In this document: piece after piece, positions 33,072-41,939 of the stretch
How positions within the stretch are numbered: the first letter of the stretch is position 1
Layout of the letters: each line of letters begins with the position of its first letter
NCBI GenBank assembly: GCA_964567835.1
Contig: CAZMOU010000002.1
Coordinates: 13,804 to 68,273, forward strand
DNA length: 54,470 nucleotides
Direction: 5' to 3'
Origin: an uncultured Chitinophaga sp.
GTDB lineage: Bacteria; Planctomycetota; Planctomycetia; Pirellulales; UBA1268
Position numbers and translations under genes: made by a program
The notes under the pieces: model-generated
Seen by the model: the letters and a program-made list of their open reading frames with translations, nothing else
The model's database searches: none
What the model was told of the DNA's origin: nothing

Positions 33072-34037
33072 ATGTCCAGGCACCGCACCCGTGGCTCCAG
33101 GCGGGCCTTCACGCTCGTCGAGCTCCTCGTCGTCATCGCCATCATCGGCACGCTCGTCGGCCTCCTCCTCCCCGCCGTCCAGGCGGCGCGCGAGGCGGCC
33201 CGGCGGACGCAGTGCACGAACAACCTCAAGCAGATCGGCACGGCCCTCCACAACTACGCCTCGGCCCGGCGCTTCTTCCCCCCCGCCGCCGCCAGCACCA
33301 CCACCACGAGCGCGCAGCAGCTCGAGCTCTGCAAGCGCGTGGGCGTGACGGTGAGGGGGGTGCGGCACAGCTGGGGGGTGTTCATCCTGCCCTACATGGA
33401 GGAGAACGCGCTCGTCGCCGGCTACAACCTGGGCATCGACTGGTCGGCGGCCGGCAACCAGAAGGTGCGCGAGTCGGTGATCCCGGCCTTCGTCTGCCCG
33501 ACGTCGCCGCCGCGCGACGACAACGGCCTGACGACGAAGACGGTGGGCGGGACGGCGATCAAGGTCGGTCCCGGCGACTACGCGCCGGACAACGGCTACG
33601 ACACGGTCCTGGAGACGAAGGGACTCGTCGATTCGAGCCCCAATCGCAACGGCGTCATGGACGTGAACGTGCTGCGGACGCCGTCGGAGATCACCGACGG
33701 GACGTCGAACACCGTGCTCATCTCCGAGGACGCCGGCCGGCCGAATGCCTGGCGGGGGAAGGCGATGACGCTCCTCATGGGGCAGACCGACGGCGGCTGG
33801 TGCGACCCCGACAACGAGTACATCACCCACGGCTACAGCGACGACGGCCTGACGGTGAACGGCCCCTGCCACACCAACTGCACGAACAACAACGAGGTCT
33901 ATTCCTTCCACGTCGGCATGGCCAACCACGTGTTCGCCGACGGGTCGGTGCGGTTCATCGGCGCCGATCAGGACATCCGCGTGTTCGTCAAGCTCATCAC
34001 CTACGCCGGTGGCGACCTCGCCCCGACCGGGGAATGA
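33072..34037 (+). CDS. DUF1559 family protein with prepilin-type N-terminal helix
   Basis: GGAGG lies 6 nt before the [59 protein letters not shown]...ITDGTSNTVLISED...FHVGMANHVFADGSVRFI. Confidence 0.9.
   Translation: MSRHRTRGSRRAFTLVELLVVIAIIGTLVGLLLPAVQAAREAARRTQCTNNLKQIGTALHNYASARRFFPPAAASTTTTSAQQLELCKRVGVTVRGVRHSWGVFILPYMEENALVAGYNLGIDWSAAGNQKVRESVIPAFVCPTSPPRDDNGLTTKTVGGTAIKVGPGDYAPDNGYDTVLETKGLVDSSPNRNGVMDVNVLRTPSEITDGTSNTVLISEDAGRPNAWRGKAMTLLMGQTDGGWCDPDNEYITHGYSDDGLTVNGPCHTNCTNNNEVYSFHVGMANHVFADGSVRFIGADQDIRVFVKLITYAGGDLAPTGE
33101..33200 (+). repeat. 100-bp perfect direct repeat, copy 2
   Basis: Identical to 32145-32244. The flanks diverge immediately on both sides. Confidence 0.9.
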
Positions 34038-34041
34038 ACCC

Positions 34042-34539
34042 ATGCGAACCCTGACGCCGCTCCACGCCGCGCTCGTCCTTCTGGCCGCCGTCGCGGCGGG
34101 CTGTGCCAAGCCCGTCGGACCGCAGTGGAACCTCACGCCCCATCCCGTGCGGGGCGTCGTCCTCTACGACGGCAAGCCGGCGGAGGGTGTGCTCGTGGGA
34201 TTGATCCCCGTCGACGCGCCGATGCCGCCGGCGATCCCCGCCAACCCCACGGGCGTCACCGGCCCCGACGGAGCGTTCGCCATCGGCACCCTGCGCCCGG
34301 GCGACGGCGCCTGTGCCGGCCGCTACCAGATCGTGCTGAATTGGATGGTGGCGAAGCCGGGGGAGGATGGCACGATCGACGAGGAGAGCCGGGAGGACAG
34401 ACTCCTCGGCTGGTACGACGCGGCGCACAGCCAGCTCGCCCTCACCGTGGTCGAGGGGGAGAACGTCGTCCCGGAGATCCGCGTCCCCTCCCGGACGACG
34501 CTCCCGGAGCAGATGCCGGGAATCCCGGGGAGGAATTGA
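34042..34539 (+). CDS. Small lipoprotein (carboxypeptidase-regulatory-like), partner of DUF1559
   Basis: MRTLTPLHAALVLLAAVAAGCAK carries a lipobox. Then VRGVVLYDGKPAEGVLVGLIP...GPDGAFAIGTLRPGDGACAGRYQIVL. It starts 4 bp after the DUF1559 stop. Confidence 0.72.
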   Translation: MRTLTPLHAALVLLAAVAAGCAKPVGPQWNLTPHPVRGVVLYDGKPAEGVLVGLIPVDAPMPPAIPANPTGVTGPDGAFAIGTLRPGDGACAGRYQIVLNWMVAKPGEDGTIDEESREDRLLGWYDAAHSQLALTVVEGENVVPEIRVPSRTTLPEQMPGIPGRN

Positions 34540-34587
34540 AGCCTTCCGCTCCCGCCGAACGCGACGTGCGCCCCACGGAGTCGTCCC

Positions 34588-36156
34588 ATGCATCCTGCCG
34601 GCCCCTACGCCCATGCCCTCCACCGCCGGGGTTTTTTTCGGGGCACGTTGTCGCTCGCCGCGGCGGCGACGTGGGCGTCGAGAGCCGACGAACCCGTGGT
34701 TCGACGGCCCCGGTTCGACGCCGATCCGTTCGCGCTGGGGGTCGCTTCGGGCGACCCGACCGCGGACGGGTTCGTGATCTGGACCCGGCTCGCGCCGGCG
34801 CCACTCCTGGGCGGGGGCATGCCGGCGGAGCCGGTCGAGGTGGGGTGGGAGGTGTCGGAGGACGAGGCGTTCACCCGGGTCGTCCGCGAGGGTACCACCG
34901 TCGCCACGCCCGACTGGGCCCACTCCGTGCACGTCGAGACGGAGGGCCTCTCCCCCTCGCGCGACTACTGGTATCGCTTCCACGCCGGTGCCGCGACCAG
35001 CCGGGTGGGCCGGGCGCGGACGTCACCGGCGCCCGGCGACGTCGTTCCGCGTCTGCGCTTCGCCTTCGCCTCCTGCCAGCACTTCGAGCAGGGCTTCTAC
35101 ACGGCCTATCAAGGCATGGTGGCGGACGATCCGGACCTGATCCTCCATCTCGGCGACTACATCTACGAGGGAGCGCCCAAGGCCGATGCCGTGAGGCGCC
35201 ACGTCGGTGGGAAGCTCGCCTCGCTCGACTCCTACCGGGAGCGCCACGCCCTCTACAAGACCGACACACTCCTCCAGGCTGCCCACGCCCACTGCCCGTG
35301 GATCGTCACCTGGGACGACCACGAGTTCGAGAACAACTACGCCGACGACGTCCCGGCCCGTTCGGGGACGCCGCGGGAGGCGTTCCTCGCCCAGCGGGCC
35401 GCGGCCTACCAGGCCTACTACGAACACATGCCGCTGCGCCGCTCGAGCCTGCCGCACGGCCCGTCGATGCGGCTCCATCGGCGCCTGTCCCATGGGACCC
35501 TCGCCGAGTTCTTCGTGCTCGACACGCGGCAATTCCGCTCCGATCAGCCCTGCGGCGACGGCGTCAAGGCGCCGTGCGAAGGGGTGATCGATCCTTCGGC
35601 CACGCTCACCGGCGCGGAGCAGGAACGATGGCTCCTCGACGGGTACCGGTCCTCCAAGACCACGTGGAACGTGCTCGCGCAGCAGGTGATGATGGCTCGC
35701 GTCGACCGGGCCCCGGGTGACGAGTTCACCTGCTCGATGGACCAATGGTCGGGCTACGAGATCCAACGCCGTCGCGTGCTCCGCGCCCTCGCGGAGCGCC
35801 CCGAGGCCAATCCGATCGTCCTCACCGGCGACATCCACAGCCACTGGGCCAACGACCTCACGATCGACGACGGGGCCGGGCGGCCCAAGCTGGCGGCGGC
35901 CGAGTTCGTGGGCTCGTCGATCTCCTCCGGGGGCAACGGCAAGGCGGAACCTGCCAACCATGCCGTGATCATGGCGGAAAACGAGGCGGTCAGGTTTTAC
36001 AACGGCCAGCGTGGCTACGTGGTGTGCGACGTGGCCCCCGAGCGCTGCGAGACCTCCTACCGTGTGGTCGATTTCGTCGACCGCCCGGGAGGACGGGTGT
36101 CGACGGCGGCCCGCTTCGTGGTGGAGAACGGCCGCCCCGGCCTCGTGGCGGGGTGA
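34588..36156 (+). CDS. phoD: Alkaline phosphatase D family, Tat-exported
   Basis: Twin-arginine HRRGFFRGTLSLAAAA, then FALGVASGDPTADGFVIWTRL, FASCQHFEQGFY, LHLGDYIYE, VTWDDHEFENNY, QWSGY, LTGDIHSHW. Confidence 0.92.
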   Translation: MHPAGPYAHALHRRGFFRGTLSLAAAATWASRADEPVVRRPRFDADPFALGVASGDPTADGFVIWTRLAPAPLLGGGMPAEPVEVGWEVSEDEAFTRVVREGTTVATPDWAHSVHVETEGLSPSRDYWYRFHAGAATSRVGRARTSPAPGDVVPRLRFAFASCQHFEQGFYTAYQGMVADDPDLILHLGDYIYEGAPKADAVRRHVGGKLASLDSYRERHALYKTDTLLQAAHAHCPWIVTWDDHEFENNYADDVPARSGTPREAFLAQRAAAYQAYYEHMPLRRSSLPHGPSMRLHRRLSHGTLAEFFVLDTRQFRSDQPCGDGVKAPCEGVIDPSATLTGAEQERWLLDGYRSSKTTWNVLAQQVMMARVDRAPGDEFTCSMDQWSGYEIQRRRVLRALAERPEANPIVLTGDIHSHWANDLTIDDGAGRPKLAAAEFVGSSISSGGNGKAEPANHAVIMAENEAVRFYNGQRGYVVCDVAPERCETSYRVVDFVDRPGGRVSTAARFVVENGRPGLVAG

Positions 36157-36284
36157 ATCGCCGTCCGGGTCGAACCGGCGACGGAAGAGAACGTCGATCT
36201 CGCTCGCCCGATGACGAGCGACCGTGTTCGGGACCCGGTGGAGGAGCGGTTTCCCCTTCCTCTCGTCGGTCCCGTGCGCCGCGT

Positions 36285-39200
36285 TCAGGCTCGGCGGCGC
36301 CGCAACCCCTGCAGCGCGACTGCCGCCAGCGCCGCGAGGCCCAGCGACACCGTCGTCGGTTCGGGGACCGCGGTGACCGAATAGCTAAGGGACACTCCCC
36401 CCCCGACGTCGCCGACGACGCGGAAGGCGGCGCCGTTGCGGATCGAGGCGAGGCTCTGGCCGAGGGAGTCGTTCGAGAGTGAGCCGAGCGAGAACAGCCC
36501 TGTGGACCCGCTCGCCCCCGTCACGTCGACGATCGACCAGGTGCGGTCGACGTTCCAGAAGGCGTTCGACCAATCGACCGTCGATCCGGTGGCGTCGAAG
36601 ACGAGGTCGAGGACGCTCGTGGGGTCGATCGAGAGCGCTCCTCCCGTGACGTTCACGCCGTCGTAGGACGTGCCCCGGTCGGCGACCGCCGCGGTGTTGG
36701 CGGCAAGTTCCCAGCGGAGGAAACTGCCTGGCTGGTAGTCGATGCCGGCGGCGAAGGTCTGCAGCCCGGGCGAGTTGCCGGGGGAGTGAATGGCGCCGCT
36801 TTGAATCGTGACCGGCCCCGTGAAGGTCGTGTCGGAACCCTTGAGCACGCCGCCGGCGGTCACGTCGAGCGTGCCCCCCATCGTGCCGGCGAAGGACGAG
36901 ATCCCGGAGAGGACCTGCGAACCGGCGAAGTTCGCGGCGTTGACCACCGTGCCCCCCGTATTGGCAAGCGCGTTGGTGGCGGCCTGGGAACCGAGATCAA
37001 GCGTCGCACCGGGGCGGAGGGTGACGTCGCCGGTACCGAGGGCGTTCGGGCCGGCGACCGTCAGCGTGCCCCCCCGCACGTCGGTGCCGCCCGAGTAGAC
37101 GCTCGAGCCGGAGAGGGTGAGCGTCGAGGTGCCGTCCTTCACCAGTGCGATGTTCGTCTTGCCGGTCGCACCGATCGGACCGGCGTAGGTGCCGCTGGTC
37201 GTGCCGATCACGGAGAGCGTGGCGGCGGTGCCGGCCTGGCTGTTCTGGATCCCGCCGCCGCCGGCCGACGATCCCTTGAGGAAGGCCACCTGCTGGGAGT
37301 GGCCGTTCAGGTCGATCTGCCCGGCGGTGGAGCCGAAGGTCACCCCCGCCGTCGTCGGCAAGGCGTTGTCGACGCCGAGGCGGTGGACGCCGGTGGCCGA
37401 CGAGTTCACCGTCACGTTCCCCGCGAAGGAGCTCGCGGCGTTGAGGATCGTCGTGCCAGCGCCCCCCGAGCCGCCGACGGCGAGATTGACGTCGCCGGTA
37501 CCGGTGATCGGGCCGTCAACGGTGAGCGTGTAGCCGCTGGTGGCGCCGAGGTTCACGGCACCGCTGGCCAGGGCCAGATTCACCGTGTTGGACAGCGTGC
37601 CGCTGGCTCCTGAGACCGCGATCGACTGGCCCCCCTTCGTGAGCTCGATCGCACCGGTGCCGGTCTGGACGGCGTTGACGTTCACGCGGACGTTGTTGCC
37701 CGAGAACGAGAGCTTCCCACCGGCGAACAGGGGCGCGAGGTCGCTCGCGACGGTGACCGTCCCGGTCGCCGAGACGTCGAGAGTGCCGTCGGCGATCGCC
37801 AAGTTCGTCGTCGGGAGTGCGGCCACCGAGAGCGTGCCGGCCCCCCCCTTCGTCAGCAGTCCGTTCCGGGTGACGGTGCCGCCGAGCGTGAGCGTGTCGC
37901 CGGCGGCGACGTCGATGCCGCCGCCGCTGGCGGCCACGGTGATGGCGTTGGCCAGTGTCTTGGGAGCGCTGCCGTCGAAGGCGATCTTGCCGCCGCCGGA
38001 GAGGTTCACTCCGCCGCTGCCGAACCCGGCGTCGCCGAAGCTGATCGTGCCGCCGGAGGCGGTAATCGCGCCGGAGGTGCTCACCGTGGGCCCGGCGAGG
38101 TCGATGCGGCCGGCACCGGAGTTGGTGATGGCGGCGGAGCCGGTGACGTCGCTCAGGGCGATGCGGCCCGCGCCGGAGTTGGTCACCGTGGCCGCCCCGC
38201 CGACGGCGCCGGAGACCGTCACCACGGCGGCGCCGGCGTTGGTGAGAGCGACGTTCTCGCCGATCGAGGCGATGCTCAGATCGCCGCCATCGGTGCGCAC
38301 GGCGCCCGAGCCGGTGAGGTTGCCGGCGGAGGCTGCGTCGCTGCGGTTGAAGACGAGGGAGGTGCCGGCGGCGAGGGAGACGTCGCCGGCGAGCGAGCCG
38401 GCGCTGCCGCCGTTGCCGATCTGGAGCTGCCCGGCGGCCACTTGGGCCCCTCCGTTCGCCGCCCCGGTGAGCAGGAGCGTCCCGGCCCCGGCCTTCGTGA
38501 AGCCGTTCGCAGCGGCGAGGCTCGAGGCGATCGTCGTCGTGTCGGCGGCGGTGGTGATGGTGTTCGCCGCGGCGCTGGCTCCGCCAAGGGCGAGACTGCC
38601 GCCGGAAAGCGTGTAGCCGCCGACGTCGAACTGCAGTCCCCTGTCGGCGTTGACCGTGCCGTCCACGGTGACGGTGCCGGCCGGCGAGGCGAAGACCGCA
38701 GTGCGGGTCGGATCCCAGGAGCCCGTCGACCAACCACCACCGGCCGCCGACCAGGTGCCGTTGCCGCCATCCCAGGTGGCGATGCTGCCGGGCGTGAAGA
38801 CGAGGTACAGCCCGGTGCCGGCGGCACCGGAGTCGCTCACGGAGAAGTTGCCGCCGCCGAGGGCGTTGGCGAACCCGGAGGTGTCGACCGTGTAGCGGTT
38901 GGCATCGAAGCCGGTGAGACCGATGGCCGAGATCATTTCCCACGAGCCGGGCGAGTTGGCATCGAAGTTGACGGCCGATCCCGCCGCGCCGGCGGCGCTC
39001 GAGGCGCTCGCCAGGCGGATCGTGAACGAGCCGGTGGCAGCCTGTGAGAGGGTGCCTGCGGCGATGAGATCCCAGCCGGTGCCGGCGGCACCGGCGGCGT
39101 CGTAGAGCTGGAAGTTCAGGCCGCCGCCCCCGGAGAGCGTCGTGTCGCCCATCGACAGCGTGCCGATCGCCCCCGATCCCGGCGCGATCGCACCGGCGAC

Positions 39201-41615
39201 GGTCGCGGCGCCGCTCACCGTGCCGGTGCCGCCGAGTGTCTGGGTGCTCGAGAGGGTGTAGCCGCCGGTGACAGCGGAGACGTCGAAGGTCGCCCCGGAG
39301 GCGACCGTGATCGAGGGGGAGGCGAGGCTGCCGGCGCCGGTGAGGGCGAGCGTGCCCTGCTCGATCGTCGTCGAGCCGGTGTAGGTGTTCGTGCCGGCGA
39401 GCGACTGCGTGTTGGCGCCGGTCTTGACGAGGTCAATCGTGCCCGCGCCGGTGCCGATGACGCCGCCGAAGGCCTTGCCGGGCGTCACCGCGCCGCCGAG
39501 GGTCAGCGTCGAGGGTGAGGCACCGTTGTTGACGATCGAGAGATTCTTCGTCGTCCCCACCGTGGCGCTGACGCCATCGGCCAGATAGGCCAGACGCTGC
39601 GAGTGGCCATTGAGATTCAGGATGGCGCCGCCGATGCCGGCCTTCGTCCCCACGATCACGCCGCTGGCCGTGGGGATCGCGTCGTCGATGCCCAGGACGA
39701 TGCTCGCCGTGCCGGCGACGTCGGGGGTGTTGGCGTTGATCGTCGTGTTGCCGGCGTAGGTGTTCTGGGCGTTGAGCGTCAGCACGCCGCCACCGCCGCC
39801 GACCACGGTGCCGTTTGAGAAGTCGACGTCGGAAGCGCCCGAGATCACGCCGGAGACGACGAGGCCGCCGACGGTGCTCGTGTTGGCCCCCTTCGTGGCC
39901 CCGATCGTCGAGGTGAACGTGCCCGGTGTGTAGGTGGCGCCGGTCCAGCTGCCGGCGGTGAAGGGGGCGGCGGTGGAGTTCAGGCCGATACCGGCGGAGA
40001 TCGTGCCGCCCGAGTTGCCGGAGAGATTCGAGATCAGGGCCCCGCTGGTGGCCAGTTGCACCTGTCCGGCGCCCGAGAGCACCGCGCCGTCGTTGACGTT
40101 CATCCGCTGCGTGCCGGAAAGGACGAGGTTCCCAGTGAGCACCCCGGAAGCCCCGAGGTTGTAGACCCCGCTCGAGGTGGCACTGTTGCCGAGGACGAGG
40201 TTCCCCGCCTCGACCGCCACGCCGCCGCCGGCACCGGGGGAGAAGGCGCCGTTGACGGTGAGCGTGCCGGCGCCGGCCTTCGTGAGCAGGCCGGTGAGGC
40301 TGCCCATGCTCGCCACCGAAAGATTCTGGGAGCCGGTGTCGATCCTTCCGCCCCCCGAGCCGATCTGCAGGTCGTTGGCCAGGGCGAAGCCGCTGCCGGC
40401 GTTGCTCAGCAGCGTCGCCCCCTGGGAGATCGTCACGGCGCCCGAGCCGAGGCGCCCCGCGCCGTCGATCGAAAGCGTGCCCCCGGAGACGTTCGTGCCG
40501 CCGACGTAGTCGTTGACGCTCGTCAGGGCGAGCGCCCCCGCTCCGCTTTTGTTGATCGCGGTCGCACCGGTGAGCTTGTCGCCGGCGGTCGGGCCAGAGA
40601 ACGTGTAGCTGCCCGAAGCGGCGGAGACGGTGACGCTCGAGGGGGCAAGCGCGCCCGAGAGCGTGATCGTGCCGCCGGCCGAGTTCGAGAAGGCGGCCTG
40701 GTCACCGTCGAGGAAAGTGGTCGAGCCGCTCCCGGTCGTCCAGTTGGCGGTGGTCGTGTCCCAGGTGCCGCTGCCGGCGAGGTTCCAGGAGAGATTCCGC
40801 ACGGCGATCGGCGTGAGGGAGAAATTATCGATGCCGGCGGTGGCGTCGGAACCCGGGTTGTCGGTCTCGCTCCAACGGATGTAGAGATATTGGTCGGCGC
40901 CCCAGTTGAGGCCGGTGAGGTTCCCGGCCTTGTTGCCGATCGTGAACAGCGGGCTGATCGCCGCCTGCGTCCCCGGTGCCCCCGTCCCGCTCGATGGGGT
41001 GTCGAAGCCGATCGCCGACGTCGTCCAGGTCCCGGCCGTGTTGTTGAAAGTGCCGTCACCGGTGGACGAGCCCGAGGTGACCGTCGCGCTGCTCACCCGA
41101 TAAGAGAGCGGGTAAGGGTTCGCGGTCGAGGAGGGATTGCGGTTCATCACGGCGTCGTAGGCGAGGGCAACGGTGTTGATCGTCGCGCCCGACGTGTTCT
41201 TGAGCACGACGCCGAAGAAGCCGGTGGCCGACCCGGAGCCCTGGGAACCGAGGGCCCGATTCACCGGCGACGCGGTGTCGATGAGCTGGCGGAATCCGCC
41301 GGTCGTGCTCGTGCCCGAATCGGCTCCGATCCACCTGTTGGCCGCGCCGTTCCAGCCGAGGCCGTAGATGTACCAGCCCGTGATGCCCGTTCCGCCATTG
41401 AGGGTCGAGACCTCCGTCATCGCCGAACCGGTGACGCTGCTGGCCGCGGCCGGAGAGGTCATTGACTGGAAGTTCTGCGTGTAGGCGTTCGTGCCGTTGA
41501 AATCGATCGGTGCGGCGAGAGCGGCCGTGGGCATCCCGGCCAGCAGCAGCACGGCCGAGAGGACGACGCGGAGCGCCGCGTCGAGGATGCGGGACACGAC
41601 AAGGATGCGGTTCAC
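36285..41615 (-). CDS. Giant (about 1776 aa) autotransporter-associated beta-strand (PATR) repeat protein with PEP-CTERM anchor
   Basis: Dozens of repeats of the type GAGTLTL.G.NTYTGGT.V.GGTL. The C-terminus VPEPTTVSLGLAALAAVALQGLRRRRA is a PEP-CTERM anchor. Likely GTG start at 41615 (VNRILVVSRILDAALRVVLSAVLLLAGMPTAALA), with GGGAGA about 7 nt upstream. Confidence 0.85.
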   Translation of the reverse strand: MNRILVVSRILDAALRVVLSAVLLLAGMPTAALAAPIDFNGTNAYTQNFQSMTSPAAASSVTGSAMTEVSTLNGGTGITGWYIYGLGWNGAANRWIGADSGTSTTGGFRQLIDTASPVNRALGSQGSGSATGFFGVVLKNTSGATINTVALAYDAVMNRNPSSTANPYPLSYRVSSATVTSGSSTGDGTFNNTAGTWTTSAIGFDTPSSGTGAPGTQAAISPLFTIGNKAGNLTGLNWGADQYLYIRWSETDNPGSDATAGIDNFSLTPIAVRNLSWNLAGSGTWDTTTANWTTGSGSTTFLDGDQAAFSNSAGGTITLSGALAPSSVTVSAASGSYTFSGPTAGDKLTGATAINKSGAGALALTSVNDYVGGTNVSGGTLSIDGAGRLGSGAVTISQGATLLSNAGSGFALANDLQIGSGGGRIDTGSQNLSVASMGSLTGLLTKAGAGTLTVNGAFSPGAGGGVAVEAGNLVLGNSATSSGVYNLGASGVLTGNLVLSGTQRMNVNDGAVLSGAGQVQLATSGALISNLSGNSGGTISAGIGLNSTAAPFTAGSWTGATYTPGTFTSTIGATKGANTSTVGGLVVSGVISGASDVDFSNGTVVGGGGGVLTLNAQNTYAGNTTINANTPDVAGTASIVLGIDDAIPTASGVIVGTKAGIGGAILNLNGHSQRLAYLADGVSATVGTTKNLSIVNNGASPSTLTLGGAVTPGKAFGGVIGTGAGTIDLVKTGANTQSLAGTNTYTGSTTIEQGTLALTGAGSLASPSITVASGATFDVSAVTGGYTLSSTQTLGGTGTVSGAATVAGAIAPGSGAIGTLSMGDTTLSGGGGLNFQLYDAAGAAGTGWDLIAAGTLSQAATGSFTIRLASASSAAGAAGSAVNFDANSPGSWEMISAIGLTGFDANRYTVDTSGFANALGGGNFSVSDSGAAGTGLYLVFTPGSIATWDGGNGTWSAAGGGWSTGSWDPTRTAVFASPAGTVTVDGTVNADRGLQFDVGGYTLSGGSLALGGASAAANTITTAADTTTIASSLAAANGFTKAGAGTLLLTGAANGGAQVAAGQLQIGNGGSAGSLAGDVSLAAGTSLVFNRSDAASAGNLTGSGAVRTDGGDLSIASIGENVALTNAGAAVVTVSGAVGGAATVTNSGAGRIALSDVTGSAAITNSGAGRIDLAGPTVSTSGAITASGGTISFGDAGFGSGGVNLSGGGKIAFDGSAPKTLANAITVAASGGGIDVAAGDTLTLGGTVTRNGLLTKGGAGTLSVAALPTTNLAIADGTLDVSATGTVTVASDLAPLFAGGKLSFSGNNVRVNVNAVQTGTGAIELTKGGQSIAVSGASGTLSNTVNLALASGAVNLGATSGYTLTVDGPITGTGDVNLAVGGSGGAGTTILNAASSFAGNVTVNSSATGVHRLGVDNALPTTAGVTFGSTAGQIDLNGHSQQVAFLKGSSAGGGGIQNSQAGTAATLSVIGTTSGTYAGPIGATGKTNIALVKDGTSTLTLSGSSVYSGGTDVRGGTLTVAGPNALGTGDVTLRPGATLDLGSQAATNALANTGGTVVNAANFAGSQVLSGISSFAGTMGGTLDVTAGGVLKGSDTTFTGPVTIQSGAIHSPGNSPGLQTFAAGIDYQPGSFLRWELAANTAAVADRGTSYDGVNVTGGALSIDPTSVLDLVFDATGSTVDWSNAFWNVDRTWSIVDVTGASGSTGLFSLGSLSNDSLGQSLASIRNGAAFRVVGDVGGGVSLSYSVTAVPEPTTVSLGLAALAAVALQGLRRRRA

Positions 41616-41939
41616 GAGCGGTCTCCCTGCGTTGAAGAACGAGTCTCCATGCCTCGAAACGGCGGAGTTGTCGATCAGCGTGGGACTTCCGTCAATACAT
41701 CGCGGCCCCTTGCAATTCGGTGAACGACGGACGCGCGGCCTCACCGGTCGCACACGATTCCGCTGGTCCTCGAAAACCCCGCCCGGACCGCGCGGATGAT
41801 GAGCGGTCGATGAGCGGCTATCGAGTGTTCGGTGAGCGTCGTCGCGTCGCGCCGTCGCGAAGCTCCCGCTCGGGACGGTGCGTGCGTTCCGCGCCCGTGT
41901 GTGGCCGTCGCCGTGGTCAGCCGGCCCGCCGTTCAGCGC

